Of a DNA stretch of 64,000 bases, positions 62,731 through 64,000 are shown one piece after another (position 1 is the stretch's first letter; each line of letters opens with the position of its first letter). Where the stretch lies: contig OY762721.1 of the NCBI GenBank assembly GCA_963666345.1, positions 2,400,001-2,464,000 on the forward strand, given 5' to 3'. The notes under the pieces were generated by a model that saw only the letters and a list, made by a program, of their open reading frames with translations, had not been told where the DNA came from and made no database searches. The translations under genes and the position numbers were made by a program. This stretch comes from Desulfatiglandales bacterium. GTDB taxonomy: Bacteria > Desulfobacterota > DSM-4660 > Desulfatiglandales > Desulfatiglandaceae.

Positions 62731-64000
62731 TCAAAATACATAAACGGCAAAAAGCCCGATGATACCGGCAAAACTCACGTAATAGATAAGCGGGATAAAG
62801 GTCTTTCTGATGATAGCCCCCTCGCGTCCCAGCAGTCCAACCGTGGCGCATGCGGCAACCACGTTGTGGACACAGACCATGTTGCCTGCCGCTCCTCCCA
62901 CCGACTGAAGCGCCACAATCATTTCCCTGGCTATGTGAAGATCTGCCGCGACCCGGAACTGGAACAGGGAAAACATCATGTTGCTGACCGTATCGCTTCC
63001 CGCGATAAAGGCTCCCAGAGCGCCGATGGCGCAGGCTATCCCCGGCCACAGCTTTCCAACAAAAGAGGCGGCGCTGTTTGCGAGCACCAGCGGCATGCTG
63101 ATGAAACCATTTGTGTTTACGCCGGAATTTATGAAGATCCTGACCAGCGGGACCGCAAACACCAGGACCGCGCCCGCCTTGAACAGCACGAACAGGGACT
63201 GGCGCCATTCACTGAGCGCTTCGTGTGCTTTCATGCCGAAGATCGGTACGCAGAGCAGAGACACTATTACAAAAAAGAAGCCGGGGATAAAAAAAGGCTG
63301 AAATCCCGCGGAAATATCGGTCCCTAATATATGCGTCCAGGAAAGATTGATTGAACTCAGCCACCCCTTGAAGGGGAGAAAGTTGAGGCGTGTGGCCAGA
63401 AGTAGTATCGAGACCAGGATATACGGAGACCATGCCCTGAGGAGGGTCATGCCCTTCTTCTCGGATCCTATGTCAAAGGATGTCTCCCCCAGCCAGTTTT
63501 TATCCCATTGTGAACGATCTTCAAAATCCCACTCGTCCCGCGGAGTGAATATCTTTTTTTTTGCCAGTATCACCATGATGAAGAGGCCGATCAGTGACCC
63601 TATAAGGGATGGGAACTCGGGGCCGAAAAAATGGGCTGTAAGGGCGTAAGGCAGTGAAAAGGCCGCTCCCGAAGTTATGGCGAATTTCCACACGGCAAGC
63701 CCGTCCCTTATGGATCTGTTTTTGCCGAAAAAGCGGGTCATCAGGCACACCATGATGAGTGGGATGAGTGCCCCGATAATACCGTTTATGATGGCGACCT
63801 TGACTCCGAGTGTATGCAGATACTGGTTGAAGGAGATACCCATGTAGGAAATTTCGGACTGTACCAGGGGCGCGTCCAGCCCGACCCCCAGACCCATGAT
63901 GACGGGGGTGCCGACCGCGCCGAATCCCACACAGGTGCTGTTCGCGATAAGGGCAACCAGAACCGCGGCCATGGCGGGAAAGCCGATAGCCACCAAAAGA
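62731..64000 (-). CDS. L-lactate permease (LctP family), 3' part; start lies beyond the window
   Basis: ANS..VGFGAVGTP, GPEFPSLIG, GAFIAGSDTVSNMMF and GGAAGNMVCVHNVVA motifs. Confidence 0.92.
   Translation of the reverse strand, partial: LLVAIGFPAMAAVLVALIANSTCVGFGAVGTPVIMGLGVGLDAPLVQSEISYMGISFNQYLHTLGVKVAIINGIIGALIPLIMVCLMTRFFGKNRSIRDGLAVWKFAITSGAAFSLPYALTAHFFGPEFPSLIGSLIGLFIMVILAKKKIFTPRDEWDFEDRSQWDKNWLGETSFDIGSEKKGMTLLRAWSPYILVSILLLATRLNFLPFKGWLSSINLSWTHILGTDISAGFQPFFIPGFFFVIVSLLCVPIFGMKAHEALSEWRQSLFVLFKAGAVLVFAVPLVRIFINSGVNTNGFISMPLVLANSAASFVGKLWPGIACAIGALGAFIAGSDTVSNMMFSLFQFRVAADLHIAREMIVALQSVGGAAGNMVCVHNVVAACATVGLLGREGAIIRKTFIPLIYYVSFAGIIGLFAVYVF

Noticed and set aside
62321..63208. 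295-aa minus-strand ORF
   Set aside because: Alternative frame overlapping the lactate permease and MFS genes; Arg/Gly/Pro-rich composition typical of spurious ORFs.

Overview
Bacterial chromosomal window whose gene content and intergenic repeats suggest a Desulfobacterota/deltaproteobacterial anaerobe (inference). Positions 1-38.2 kb are mostly housekeeping and transport: Lon-like ATPase and Hsp20, a nucleoside ABC/PRTase operon, purB, a VUT transporter, Dus, FadL plus TetR-RND efflux, asnA, an amino-acid ABC operon with a racemase, a second RND, and a UGA-recoded selenocysteine peroxiredoxin, with several MITE/REP-like repeats in between. Positions 38.6-59.6 kb form an accessory/defence island. 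It starts with four copies of a ~125-bp structured repeat delimiting single-gene cassettes (two ORF6N proteins, an XRE regulator with a degenerate peptidase motif, two ATPases, two 30-codon copies of the XRE C-terminus). A complete type I-E CRISPR-Cas locus follows, interrupted by Bro-N, four-helix-bundle and dead cas4 genes. The array has 24 perfect repeats plus one degenerate repeat and is split by an IS21-family element inserted inside a spacer. The window ends with an exported protein, an MFS transporter and a partial lactate permease. All family calls are from motif recognition by eye; no database searches were run.
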